In this document: positions 31,874 through 39,633 of the stretch, one piece after another
Layout of the letters: the number at the start of each line of letters is the position of its first letter
How positions within the stretch are numbered: the first letter of the stretch is position 1
Origin: Candidatus Shapirobacteria bacterium
GTDB taxonomy: Bacteria; Patescibacteriota; Microgenomatia; UBA12405
DNA: 64,000 nt
Direction: 5' to 3'
NCBI GenBank assembly: GCA_037142555.1
Contig: JBAXAJ010000001.1
Coordinates: 104,423 to 168,422, forward strand
Position numbers and translations under genes: made by a program
The notes under the pieces: model-generated
What the model saw: the letters and a program-made list of their open reading frames with translations, nothing else
Database searches by the model: none
What the model was told of the DNA's origin: nothing

Positions 31874-32295
31874 TGAAAGCAAAAACTACAGTATTAAAAG
31901 GCAGTCATGTTGACAGAAGTTGGCATTTAGTTGATCTTAAAGGTAAAACTCTAGGTCGTGTTTGCAGTGAAATTGCTCAAATCCTTATGGGTAAAGATAA
32001 AATAACTTTTTCCTATCATCGTGATGATGGTGATTATGTTGTTGCCATCAATTCTTCAGAAATTGTCACTACTGGTAAAAAATTAAAAGATAAAATTTAT
32101 TATCACCACACAGCTTGGTCTGGTCATTTAAAAGAAGCCACTCTAGGTGAATTATTAAAAAAAGATTCTCGAAAAGTTATTTCTCATGGTGTCTATGGAA
32201 TGCTTCCAAAAAACAAACTCCGTGATGTCAGAATGACTAGATTAAAAATTTTTGTTGGTGAAGAACATAAATACGCCGACAAGTTCACTAAATAA
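31873..32295 (+). CDS. rplM: 50S ribosomal protein L13
   Basis: WHLVD..GKTLGR, GDYVVAIN, GMLPKNKL. Confidence 0.96.
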   Translation: MKAKTTVLKGSHVDRSWHLVDLKGKTLGRVCSEIAQILMGKDKITFSYHRDDGDYVVAINSSEIVTTGKKLKDKIYYHHTAWSGHLKEATLGELLKKDSRKVISHGVYGMLPKNKLRDVRMTRLKIFVGEEHKYADKFTK

Positions 32296-32299
32296 AGCT

Positions 32300-32710
32300 A
32301 TGGTTAAAAAAACTAATTTAAATAAATACACTTACGCAGTTGGTCGACGTAAATCAGCCATTGCTACTATTAAACTTTTCCCAGGAAAAGGTGATTCATT
32401 AGTCAATAAAATGGCTGTTGATAAATACTTCCCAGGTGCTACCGACAAGATTAACTATAATAAACCTTTTGTGATTACTGAAACTCTTGGTAAGTTCTAT
32501 TTCGAAGCCAAAGTCATCGGTGGTGGAAAACAAGGTCAAGTTGAATCTTTGATGTTAGCAACTTCCAGAGCTCTTTTTAAACAAAATGAAACTCTTAAAC
32601 CAGTTTTAAGACAAGCAGGACTATTAACTGTCGATTCACGAGTCAGAGAAAGAAGAATGGTTGGAACCGGTGGAAAATCTCGCCGACAAAAACAATCTCC
32701 AAAGCGTTAA
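32300..32710 (+). CDS. rpsI: 30S ribosomal protein S9
   Basis: VGRRKSAIA, GGGKQGQ, DSRVRER, QSPKR; ATG at 32300. Confidence 0.96.
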   Translation: MVKKTNLNKYTYAVGRRKSAIATIKLFPGKGDSLVNKMAVDKYFPGATDKINYNKPFVITETLGKFYFEAKVIGGGKQGQVESLMLATSRALFKQNETLKPVLRQAGLLTVDSRVRERRMVGTGGKSRRQKQSPKR

Positions 32711-32730
32711 GCAATATATTTTGTCTTTCC

Positions 32731-32758
32731 AAATCCCTCACTCCTGTGGGGGATTTTT
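32731..32758 (+). terminator. Terminator after rpsI
   Basis: AAATCCCTCAC-TCCT-GTGGGGGATTT followed by a T-run. Confidence 0.8.
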
Positions 32759-32769
32759 GTTTTCTCTTA

Positions 32770-32830
32770 TTGACAATATTTTCTATAATGTCTATCTTTA
32801 AATAACATTTAATATTTTATTTAAAAATAG
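32770..32830 (+). promoter_or_regulatory. Promoter/5'UTR copy 1 of the Cys-rich gene array
   Basis: TTGACA-N17-TATCTT, then a TTTAAATAA...TTATTTAAA inverted repeat; near-identical copies at 34687 and 35687. Confidence 0.75.
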
Positions 32831-33796
32831 ATGAAAACATCCTCAATCGCCAAATTTTTAGTAGTAGCTCTAGTTCTAGGAGCTGGTGTGACCTTTGGAA
32901 CTCAAATGGTTCAAAAGAACCAAGAAAACCGAAGTCAAGCATTTGTTCCAGTAGCTGTTTGGGGATTAATATTAGTAGGAGATGCGATAGCTACTTGGAT
33001 TGCCACTCACCCAGATGCAACTCAGGCAATCGGTGAAGCAGCTTCTGAGACAGCGGGAGGAGTAGTGGATCTTTTAGACGATCCTGCAAATCCAGAGAGA
33101 CAAAGAATAATTGATGCAAATGCAGCAGCTTTAAAGTGTCCTGCTGGTTCAAAATATGAATGTCCTCCACTCACTTCACGGGGCGAAGGACCACCATGTG
33201 GTTGCAATAATAATGGTACTTGGACTCCAGTCTTAGTTAAAAAAGATGGTAAGTGTAGTACTAAAAATTATAATACTTGTGAATATGGTGCTGTTTATGA
33301 TAATTTAAAAGACACTACAACACAAGTTCTATGGCAATGTAAGGGTTCTGTTGGTGGCCAAACTGATTTTTGTACTGCGAACAAACCAAAAATCAATGGT
33401 ATTTGTTCTACAACAAAAAATAAATGTACTAAAGGAAAATATTCAGAACTTAAAGACACTGAAGATTATTATTATTGGATGTGTAATGGCACAGCCAATG
33501 GAACATCAGCTAAGTGTCATTCTTCAAAACCTAATAAAGTCAATGGCATTTGTTCAAACACAAAATATTCTTGTTCTAGCGGGACAGTAGTTAATAAAGT
33601 TGACACTACAATTGCCTACAAATGGAGCTGTAAAGGATCTAATGGTGGAAGCCAAACTCCTTGTGATGTAGATAAGCCTGGTGCTTGTGGTAAAACAAAG
33701 AATTCATGTTCTGCTGGTAAGTGGACTGATGTCACTGACACCACAGCTGCTTATAAATGGAAATGTGCAAATATTATTTGTAGTCTTAAAAAATGA
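32831..33796 (+). CDS. Exported Cys-rich repeat protein, paralog 1
   Basis: Leader TM + TQMVQKNQENRSQA; repeated GxC..C..G...DT...YxWxCxGxNGG..C modules. Confidence 0.85.
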   Translation: MKTSSIAKFLVVALVLGAGVTFGTQMVQKNQENRSQAFVPVAVWGLILVGDAIATWIATHPDATQAIGEAASETAGGVVDLLDDPANPERQRIIDANAAALKCPAGSKYECPPLTSRGEGPPCGCNNNGTWTPVLVKKDGKCSTKNYNTCEYGAVYDNLKDTTTQVLWQCKGSVGGQTDFCTANKPKINGICSTTKNKCTKGKYSELKDTEDYYYWMCNGTANGTSAKCHSSKPNKVNGICSNTKYSCSSGTVVNKVDTTIAYKWSCKGSNGGSQTPCDVDKPGACGKTKNSCSAGKWTDVTDTTAAYKWKCANIICSLKK

Positions 33797-34644
33797 AAAA
33801 ATTTAAAATAGCCAAATTTCTTGTAATAGCTTTAGTTCTAGGAGGAGGTCTTTTTTATGGAACCCAAATGGTTCAAAAAAATCAAGAAAACAGAAGTAAT
33901 GCTGCCGGGGGAGCTTTGGTAGCTGAAGGTATCGGAAAATTAGTTGCACCTTACGCAAAAGAGGCAATAAAGGGGTTAAAAGGTAATGACCCAATGCCAA
34001 CAGAAATTTATAAAAGTGGCACTGCTGTATGTGGTTTAAAAAGTTCATGTGAATCTGGGACATATGCACCTTTCTCTAGTGATGATAAGGAAATAAAATG
34101 GACTTGTCAAAAAGGTACTGGACTTAAGCTATTATGCAAGTATATAAAACCTAAAGTTGATGGTCTCTGTTCCACAGATAGAAATAAATGTAGGGCAGGA
34201 ACATTTAAAGAGTCTAAAGACAGTGAAGACCACTATTATTGGCTTTGTGAAGGAATAAATGGTGGATCATCACCATTATGTAATAAACCCAAACTAGTTT
34301 CTCGTGGTGGCACCGACAGACCAATCAAAGGTGTTTGTGGCGAAACAAAAAATTCATGTTCTACTGGTAAGTGGTCTGAAACCACTGACACCACAACTGC
34401 TTATAAATGGAAATGCAATACAACAGTTTGTTTAAAAGACAAAGCTCCTCTATGTGGTGTTTATGCTTTTGATGGTAAACCTATCAAAACAGCTTCTTGT
34501 TATGTTGGTAGTTTAGACAGACCAAACTTCGGACTAGCAATTTATGATGTCACTATTAATGGTAAAAAATATAAAGCATGGTATTGTAAAAACGGTAGTA
34601 GTAAAGTTTCCTGCACAAACAAAACGCCTGTCATAAACTATTAA
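33793..34644 (+). CDS. Exported Cys-rich repeat protein, paralog 2
   Basis: Same leader (QKNQENRSNA) and Cys modules; start overlaps the end of paralog 1. Confidence 0.85.
   Translation: MKKFKIAKFLVIALVLGGGLFYGTQMVQKNQENRSNAAGGALVAEGIGKLVAPYAKEAIKGLKGNDPMPTEIYKSGTAVCGLKSSCESGTYAPFSSDDKEIKWTCQKGTGLKLLCKYIKPKVDGLCSTDRNKCRAGTFKESKDSEDHYYWLCEGINGGSSPLCNKPKLVSRGGTDRPIKGVCGETKNSCSTGKWSETTDTTTAYKWKCNTTVCLKDKAPLCGVYAFDGKPIKTASCYVGSLDRPNFGLAIYDVTINGKKYKAWYCKNGSSKVSCTNKTPVINY
34402..34625 (+). repeat. 224-bp block identical to 35364-35587
   Basis: Direct base-by-base comparison, offset 962. Confidence 0.9.
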
Positions 34645-34686
34645 ATTCAAATTTTTTCCAAAAACAAAGCTTATTTACACTAATCA

Positions 34687-34748
34687 TTGACAAAGTTTCA
34701 AATTATATCTATCTTTAAATAACATTTAACAATCTTATTTAAAAATAT
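34687..34748 (+). promoter_or_regulatory. Promoter/5'UTR copy 2
   Basis: TTGACA-N17-TATCTT-TAAATAACATTTAAC..TTATTTAAAA. Confidence 0.75.
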
Positions 34749-35606
34749 ATGAAAAAACTAGGAATAGCCAAATTTTTGGTCATAGCCTTAGTTCTAGGTG
34801 GTGGATTAATTTATGGAACCCAAATGGTTCAAAAGAACCAAGAAAATAGAAGCAAAGCCGCTGAATATGGTAAAACATATAATAATGGAGATGTTATTTG
34901 TGGTGTATCTATACCAGCTGATTGGAGAGGATTAGCAAAATGGAAGCTTCCAAGTGAAATATCTGACGCGGCTGTTGATGAATTTGAAAATGCAGTTTTT
35001 AAATGTAACAAAGATAAATGTACTTTCTCAACTGATTCTATAGGTGACTGGCAATATCTTGAATTTTGTGGCCCAGTTGCAAATACTAGGAAATCTTGCC
35101 AAGAAATAAATGGAGTTAATGCTTCTTGTAAAAATATTGAGGGTGCTTGTGCTTCTAAATTAAATACTTGTCAAAATGGAAAGTTTAAAGATACTGCTGA
35201 CACTCCAACTGAATATAAATGGAATTGTGAAGGAGTTTCAATTTTAGGTGGTACCACAAGTGGTACCACAGCATCTTGTTCTATAAAAAAACAAGTTTGT
35301 GGTGCCAACAGAAATACTTGTAAAATTGGTAAATATTCAAAACTGGATGACACTAACAACCAATATAAATGGAAATGCAATACAACAGTTTGTTTAAAAG
35401 ACAAAGCTCCTCTATGTGGTGTTTATGCTTTTGATGGTAAACCTATCAAAACAGCTTCTTGTTATGTTGGTAGTTTAGACAGACCAAACTTCGGACTAGC
35501 AATTTATGATGTCACTATTAATGGTAAAAAATATAAAGCATGGTATTGTAAAAACGGTAGTAGTAAAGTTTCCTGCACAAACAAAACACCATCTATAAAC
35601 TATTAA
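34749..35606 (+). CDS. Exported Cys-rich repeat protein, paralog 3
   Basis: Leader QKNQENRSKA; C-terminal ~80 aa nearly identical to paralog 2. Confidence 0.85.
   Translation: MKKLGIAKFLVIALVLGGGLIYGTQMVQKNQENRSKAAEYGKTYNNGDVICGVSIPADWRGLAKWKLPSEISDAAVDEFENAVFKCNKDKCTFSTDSIGDWQYLEFCGPVANTRKSCQEINGVNASCKNIEGACASKLNTCQNGKFKDTADTPTEYKWNCEGVSILGGTTSGTTASCSIKKQVCGANRNTCKIGKYSKLDDTNNQYKWKCNTTVCLKDKAPLCGVYAFDGKPIKTASCYVGSLDRPNFGLAIYDVTINGKKYKAWYCKNGSSKVSCTNKTPSINY
35364..35587 (+). repeat. 224-bp block identical to 34402-34625
   Basis: Direct comparison. Confidence 0.9.
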
Positions 35607-35686
35607 ATTAAAATTTTTTCCAGAAAAAACTGAAATTATTATTCTTTCGAATATTTAACATCAGTCATTGTTTCTTTTGCTAATAA

Positions 35687-35747
35687 TTGACAAAGTTTCA
35701 AATTATATATATCTTTAAATAACATTTAACAAATTTATTTAAAAAAA
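35687..35747 (+). promoter_or_regulatory. Promoter/5'UTR copy 3
   Basis: TTGACAAAGTTTCAAATTATATATATCTTTAAATAACATTTAAC..TTATTTAAAA. Confidence 0.75.
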
Positions 35748-36632
35748 ATGAAAAAATTAGGAATAGCAAAATTTTTAGTAATGGCTCTAGTTCTAGGCGG
35801 TGGATTAATTTATGGAACTCAAATGGTTCAAAAGAACCAAGAGAACAGAAGTAAAGCCGCTAATGAAATTACAACACAAGATGGACCCTGTGGTTCTACT
35901 GCTAATGTATGTCTTGATGGGAGACCTGCAACTAACATAACTTCAGACGCTGTTAAGAACAACTGGAAATGCCCATATAATGGAGGATTCGCTAGTTGTG
36001 TATTAATTAAACCAGGTGAATGTGGCACTAAAGCATATGGTGATTGTGTTGCTGGAAAATATCAAAATATAAATGGCACTAACACTCAATGGAAATGTGC
36101 TAATGTTACTTGCTCTATCCCAAAAACTGCAATACCAAAAGGACCTTGCGGTTCTACTGCTAATGTATGTCTTAATGGTGGATCTGCAACCAACATAACT
36201 TCAGATGCTGTTAAGAGCAACTGGAAATGCCCATATAATGGAGGATTAGCTAGTTGTATTTTAATTAAACCAGGTAAATGTGGTACTAAGTCGTATGGTG
36301 ATTGTATTAGTGGAACATATCAAAATATAAATGGCACTAACACTCAATGGAAATGTGCTAATGTTACTTGCTCTATGCCAAAAGTAGTTACAGCACCAAA
36401 AGGACCTTGTAGTACTACTGCCAATAAATGTGTTGATGGGAGACCTGCAACCAACATAACTTCAGATGCTGTTAAGAACAACTGGAAATGCCCATATAAT
36501 GGAGGATTCGCTAGTTGTATTTTAATTAAACCAGGCGAATGTGGCATTAAATATGGTAATTGTATTAGTGGAAAATTTGAAAAAATAAACGACATTCAGT
36601 GGAAATGTGCTAATGTTACTTGCTCTCTTTAA
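35748..36632 (+). CDS. Exported Cys-rich repeat protein, paralog 4 (three tandem ~86-aa units)
   Basis: Leader QKNQENRSKA; units begin GPC at 35883, 36141 and 36402. Confidence 0.85.
   Translation: MKKLGIAKFLVMALVLGGGLIYGTQMVQKNQENRSKAANEITTQDGPCGSTANVCLDGRPATNITSDAVKNNWKCPYNGGFASCVLIKPGECGTKAYGDCVAGKYQNINGTNTQWKCANVTCSIPKTAIPKGPCGSTANVCLNGGSATNITSDAVKSNWKCPYNGGLASCILIKPGKCGTKSYGDCISGTYQNINGTNTQWKCANVTCSMPKVVTAPKGPCSTTANKCVDGRPATNITSDAVKNNWKCPYNGGFASCILIKPGECGIKYGNCISGKFEKINDIQWKCANVTCSL
35883..36629 (+). repeat. Three intragenic tandem repeats of ~258-261 bp
   Basis: Recurring AACATAACTTCAGA..AACTGGAAATGCCCATATAATGGAGGATT and TGGAAATGTGCTAATGTTACTTGCTCT. Confidence 0.9.
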
Positions 36633-36656
36633 AAACAATAAATACTTTGTCTATTC

Positions 36657-36690
36657 AAATCCCTTCCCTCCACTATGGGAGGGGATTTTT
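36657..36690 (+). terminator. Terminator after the Cys-rich array
   Basis: AAATCCCTTCCC...GGGAGGGGATTT followed by a T-run. Confidence 0.8.
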
Positions 36691-36716
36691 GTTTAATTTA
36701 TTGTTAAAATAATTCT

Positions 36717-37466
36717 ATGACTTTAATCCAATCAATCATTTTAAGTATAGTTCAAGGCATATCTGAATTTTTGCCAATTTCATCATCTGGTCATTTAAAC
36801 CTTTTTCAGTATCTTTTTAATCTCCAACCATCCTTAACTTTAGACATTTTTCTCAATACTGCCACTTTTGTTTCAGTTTTGTTTTTTTTCAGAAAACAAC
36901 TAAACTATTTTTTTAAAAATCTAAAATACATCATTGTTGCTTCAATTCCAGCTGCTCTAGTCGGAATTTTCCTAAAAGATCAAGTTGAATCAATTTTTGC
37001 CGACATAAATTTATTACCATCTTTCTTCCTAATCACCGCCGCTCTCGTCTTTTCTACAAAATATTTAAATGGTAAATCTCAAAAATTAGACTACAAAAAA
37101 GCTTTGGTTATTGGATTTTTTCAAGCCATAGCCATTCTTCCAGCAATTTCTCGTTCTGGAGCCACCATTTTTGCTGCTCTTTTACTAGGCTTAGCGCCTA
37201 TAGAAGCGTTCAAATTCTCTTTTTGCTTATTCATTCCAGCTTCACTTGGAGCTTTGCTTTTAAGTGCTAAAGATCTCAAGGGCGCTAATTTTTTTGAACC
37301 AAACTATTTAATTGCTTTTGTAGTCACTACAATTGTCGGGATAATCGCTCTAAATATTCTTCAAAAAGTATTAATTGGTAAAAAACTTTGGATTTTTGGA
37401 TTTTACACTCTAATCATTGCCATTGTTACTTTCATCCTCTTAACATTCACCGGTTCTGCCGTTTAA
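36717..37466 (+). CDS. uppP: Undecaprenyl-diphosphate phosphatase (BacA/UppP)
   Basis: VQGISEFLPISSSGHL, QAIAILPAISRSGATI. Confidence 0.95.
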   Translation: MTLIQSIILSIVQGISEFLPISSSGHLNLFQYLFNLQPSLTLDIFLNTATFVSVLFFFRKQLNYFFKNLKYIIVASIPAALVGIFLKDQVESIFADINLLPSFFLITAALVFSTKYLNGKSQKLDYKKALVIGFFQAIAILPAISRSGATIFAALLLGLAPIEAFKFSFCLFIPASLGALLLSAKDLKGANFFEPNYLIAFVVTTIVGIIALNILQKVLIGKKLWIFGFYTLIIAIVTFILLTFTGSAV

Positions 37467-37603
37467 CCTGTCCACACTCAATTTAATCAAGTTCTGTCTA
37501 GCCACTTTAACTATTTTTTTAGTTCTAGCGACCTTATTATCTTTTTTATTCTCAGGTTCAACCTGAAAAACTAATTCATTTTCGTATTGTATATTGTCCA
37601 TAT

Positions 37604-38560
37604 TTATATTTGTCCTGACATAAATTCTTTCCAAATTAAATATAATTCAGAAGTGGCAGTTGCATCTCTGGCCACATAGTCAGCAATTTTATTAAATTCA
37701 CTTTCATTAAAAAGTCGAGTCACATCATCTCCATGAACTCCTTCTTCTTTTGGATTTTCAATTCCAAAAGCCTTACAAATCATTTCTAGTTTAAAACTAC
37801 GGCCATTTTGTCTTATTCTGTTGGCCAAATCAATTGATTTATCAAATCCCCATTTTTTAATTTCAAATGGCATTTTTACTCGATTAATTCCTGATCGAAT
37901 CATTAAGAAAGGAAAATCAAAACCATCACCATTGTAAGTCACAAATTCTTCATAATTAGGTGTAATTTTCCAAAATTCTTCTAATAGCTCTTTTTCAGTT
38001 TTAAAAGTTTTATAAACAAAGTTTTCTTTCTCTGGCTTAATTTCTTTTGTTGATAGACTTAAAACAATACCAGTTTTTTTACCGATGTCATAAGCACCAA
38101 TTGCACAAACACTTCCAAAAATAGAGTATAAACCAGTTTTTTTCTTAGCTATTTCTTTGTCAGTCTCATTTTTTTCTAGATTATTTAAAAGATAGTCTTT
38201 TTCAACTTCATCCAAATCTTCAAATTTTTTTCCTAAAGTTTCAATATCAAAAACTAAAGTTGGAACAGAAGGGGAGAAATCACTAGCATTTTCACTTTCA
38301 ACAATTTGACAACTATCAATAATTAATCCTACTTTACCGTTATATTCTTGCGTCTTACCATTAACTTCAATAACTTTTCCTTCCTCAAAATTACACATCG
38401 AGATATTATTATTCCAAATTTTAGCTTCAATACAACCATTTATATCGCAAAGTTCAAGAATATAATAATTATCTCCTTTAACTGTTTGTCTAACTTCTTT
38501 GCTTTTAACTACAAAATGTCTGTCTCTAATTAATTCATTTGCTCCAATTTTTATTGCCAT
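37604..38560 (-). CDS. OB-fold (YhaM-like N-terminus) fused to a DEDDy 3'-5' exonuclease (PolB-exo-like)
   Basis: N-terminal VVKSKEVRQT..Y..LELCD..G.IEAKIW; ExoI FDIET, ExoII YNGDGFDFPF, ExoIII YVARD. Confidence 0.75.
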   Translation of the reverse strand: MAIKIGANELIRDRHFVVKSKEVRQTVKGDNYYILELCDINGCIEAKIWNNNISMCNFEEGKVIEVNGKTQEYNGKVGLIIDSCQIVESENASDFSPSVPTLVFDIETLGKKFEDLDEVEKDYLLNNLEKNETDKEIAKKKTGLYSIFGSVCAIGAYDIGKKTGIVLSLSTKEIKPEKENFVYKTFKTEKELLEEFWKITPNYEEFVTYNGDGFDFPFLMIRSGINRVKMPFEIKKWGFDKSIDLANRIRQNGRSFKLEMICKAFGIENPKEEGVHGDDVTRLFNESEFNKIADYVARDATATSELYLIWKEFMSGQI

Positions 38561-38683
38561 AAATTGAATTATAACCTAATAACTTCTTTAAAAGAATTAG
38601 TCTTTTAAAATTGTAGAAACAAAGTGGTGCTTAATAATTCAAAATATAACATTTTTAATCAAAAATATGCTATTATTTATCGA

Positions 38684-38920
38684 ATGAATGAAAAAGAAAA
38701 TTATAATAAAGCTCATCGTGAAATCGAAGAGATATTAATAAAATCAATCAAAGAAAAAACTAGTCCTGAAGATCGAATGGATACTTTAGATAAATATCTT
38801 GATGACTTAGAAAATAATGATCCTAACACTTTTGAAAAACTATTTAAATCAGAAAACAATCAACCAAACGAATTAATGAAAATTAATCAAAAATATTTTC
38901 CAAATAAGTTAAACAGATAA
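38684..38920 (+). CDS. Small hypothetical protein
   Basis: 78-aa charged ORF; TGCTATTAT lies 7 nt before the ATG at 38684. Confidence 0.5.
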   Translation: MNEKENYNKAHREIEEILIKSIKEKTSPEDRMDTLDKYLDDLENNDPNTFEKLFKSENNQPNELMKINQKYFPNKLNR

Positions 38921-39457
38921 TTAAACTTTGTCTTTTTTAAGTTCTCTGTAAACTAAAATCGTCAAGAGTGCTGTAAACAAATCAAAACAAGAAAAGAAGA
39001 TTAAAAGTGGGGCATGAGTGTGGGTATATCTATATATTTGATAAGAGGCAAATATTATTAAAGTTGTCGCCACCACTGGATAAGCCCAAAGTTTTTTTTG
39101 CAAAAGCATTGTAACCATAAAAATTTTAAGGACTCCATGAGCCAATAAATAAATAGCTCCAAACAAAGTTGCTCCAACTGATAATGTTTGTCCAAAACTT
39201 AAAATATGAGTAGCAATGAAATCATTTGGGTCCTGACTCAGTTCATGCTCAGTTAACATTAAAATAACTTTGTCAATTCTAGTTGAGTTAGACACATAAA
39301 ACAAAATTCCACTACCTAAAATTTCTAAAAATCCATCAATTCCTTTAATAATAATACTGACTTCAAAAATTCTAAAAATTATCTTAGCCGATTTATGCAA
39401 CAATCTTCCAATTTTTTTAAAAATCCCAATAATAAATTTAATTATCTTCATCATCAA
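38921..39457 (-). CDS. DUF2127-like membrane protein
   Basis: KGIDGFLE..G, HELSQDPNDFIA, YLLAHGVLKI..KKLWAYP. Confidence 0.75.
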   Translation of the reverse strand: MMMKIIKFIIGIFKKIGRLLHKSAKIIFRIFEVSIIIKGIDGFLEILGSGILFYVSNSTRIDKVILMLTEHELSQDPNDFIATHILSFGQTLSVGATLFGAIYLLAHGVLKIFMVTMLLQKKLWAYPVVATTLIIFASYQIYRYTHTHAPLLIFFSCFDLFTALLTILVYRELKKDKV

Positions 39458-39489
39458 ATTTGATTATATAGCAAAAAACTTGATATTAG

Positions 39490-39563
39490 TCGGGGATACA
39501 GGATTCGAACCTGCAACCTCACACACCCCATGCGTGCACGCTAGCCAATTGCGCCAATCCCCG
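39490..39563 (-). tRNA. tRNA-Pro(GGG), CCA not encoded
   Basis: Minus strand CGGGGATTGGCGCAATTGGCTAGCGTGCACGCAT-GGG-GTGTGTGAGGTTGCAGGTTCGAATCCTGTATCCCCGA forms a cloverleaf with a TTCGAA T-loop. Confidence 0.95.
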
Positions 39564-39633
39564 TCGTAATTAAACTATTTTACTTCACTAAAATATAATT
39601 TGCATATTTTTATTTGTAATTATAGAATAGGGC

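Noticed and set aside
32831-36632. Repeats considered as a CRISPR array or a DGR TR/VR pair
   Set aside because: The repeats are in-frame coding modules without spacers; the 224-bp copies are identical rather than differing at adenines; no cas or RT gene is present
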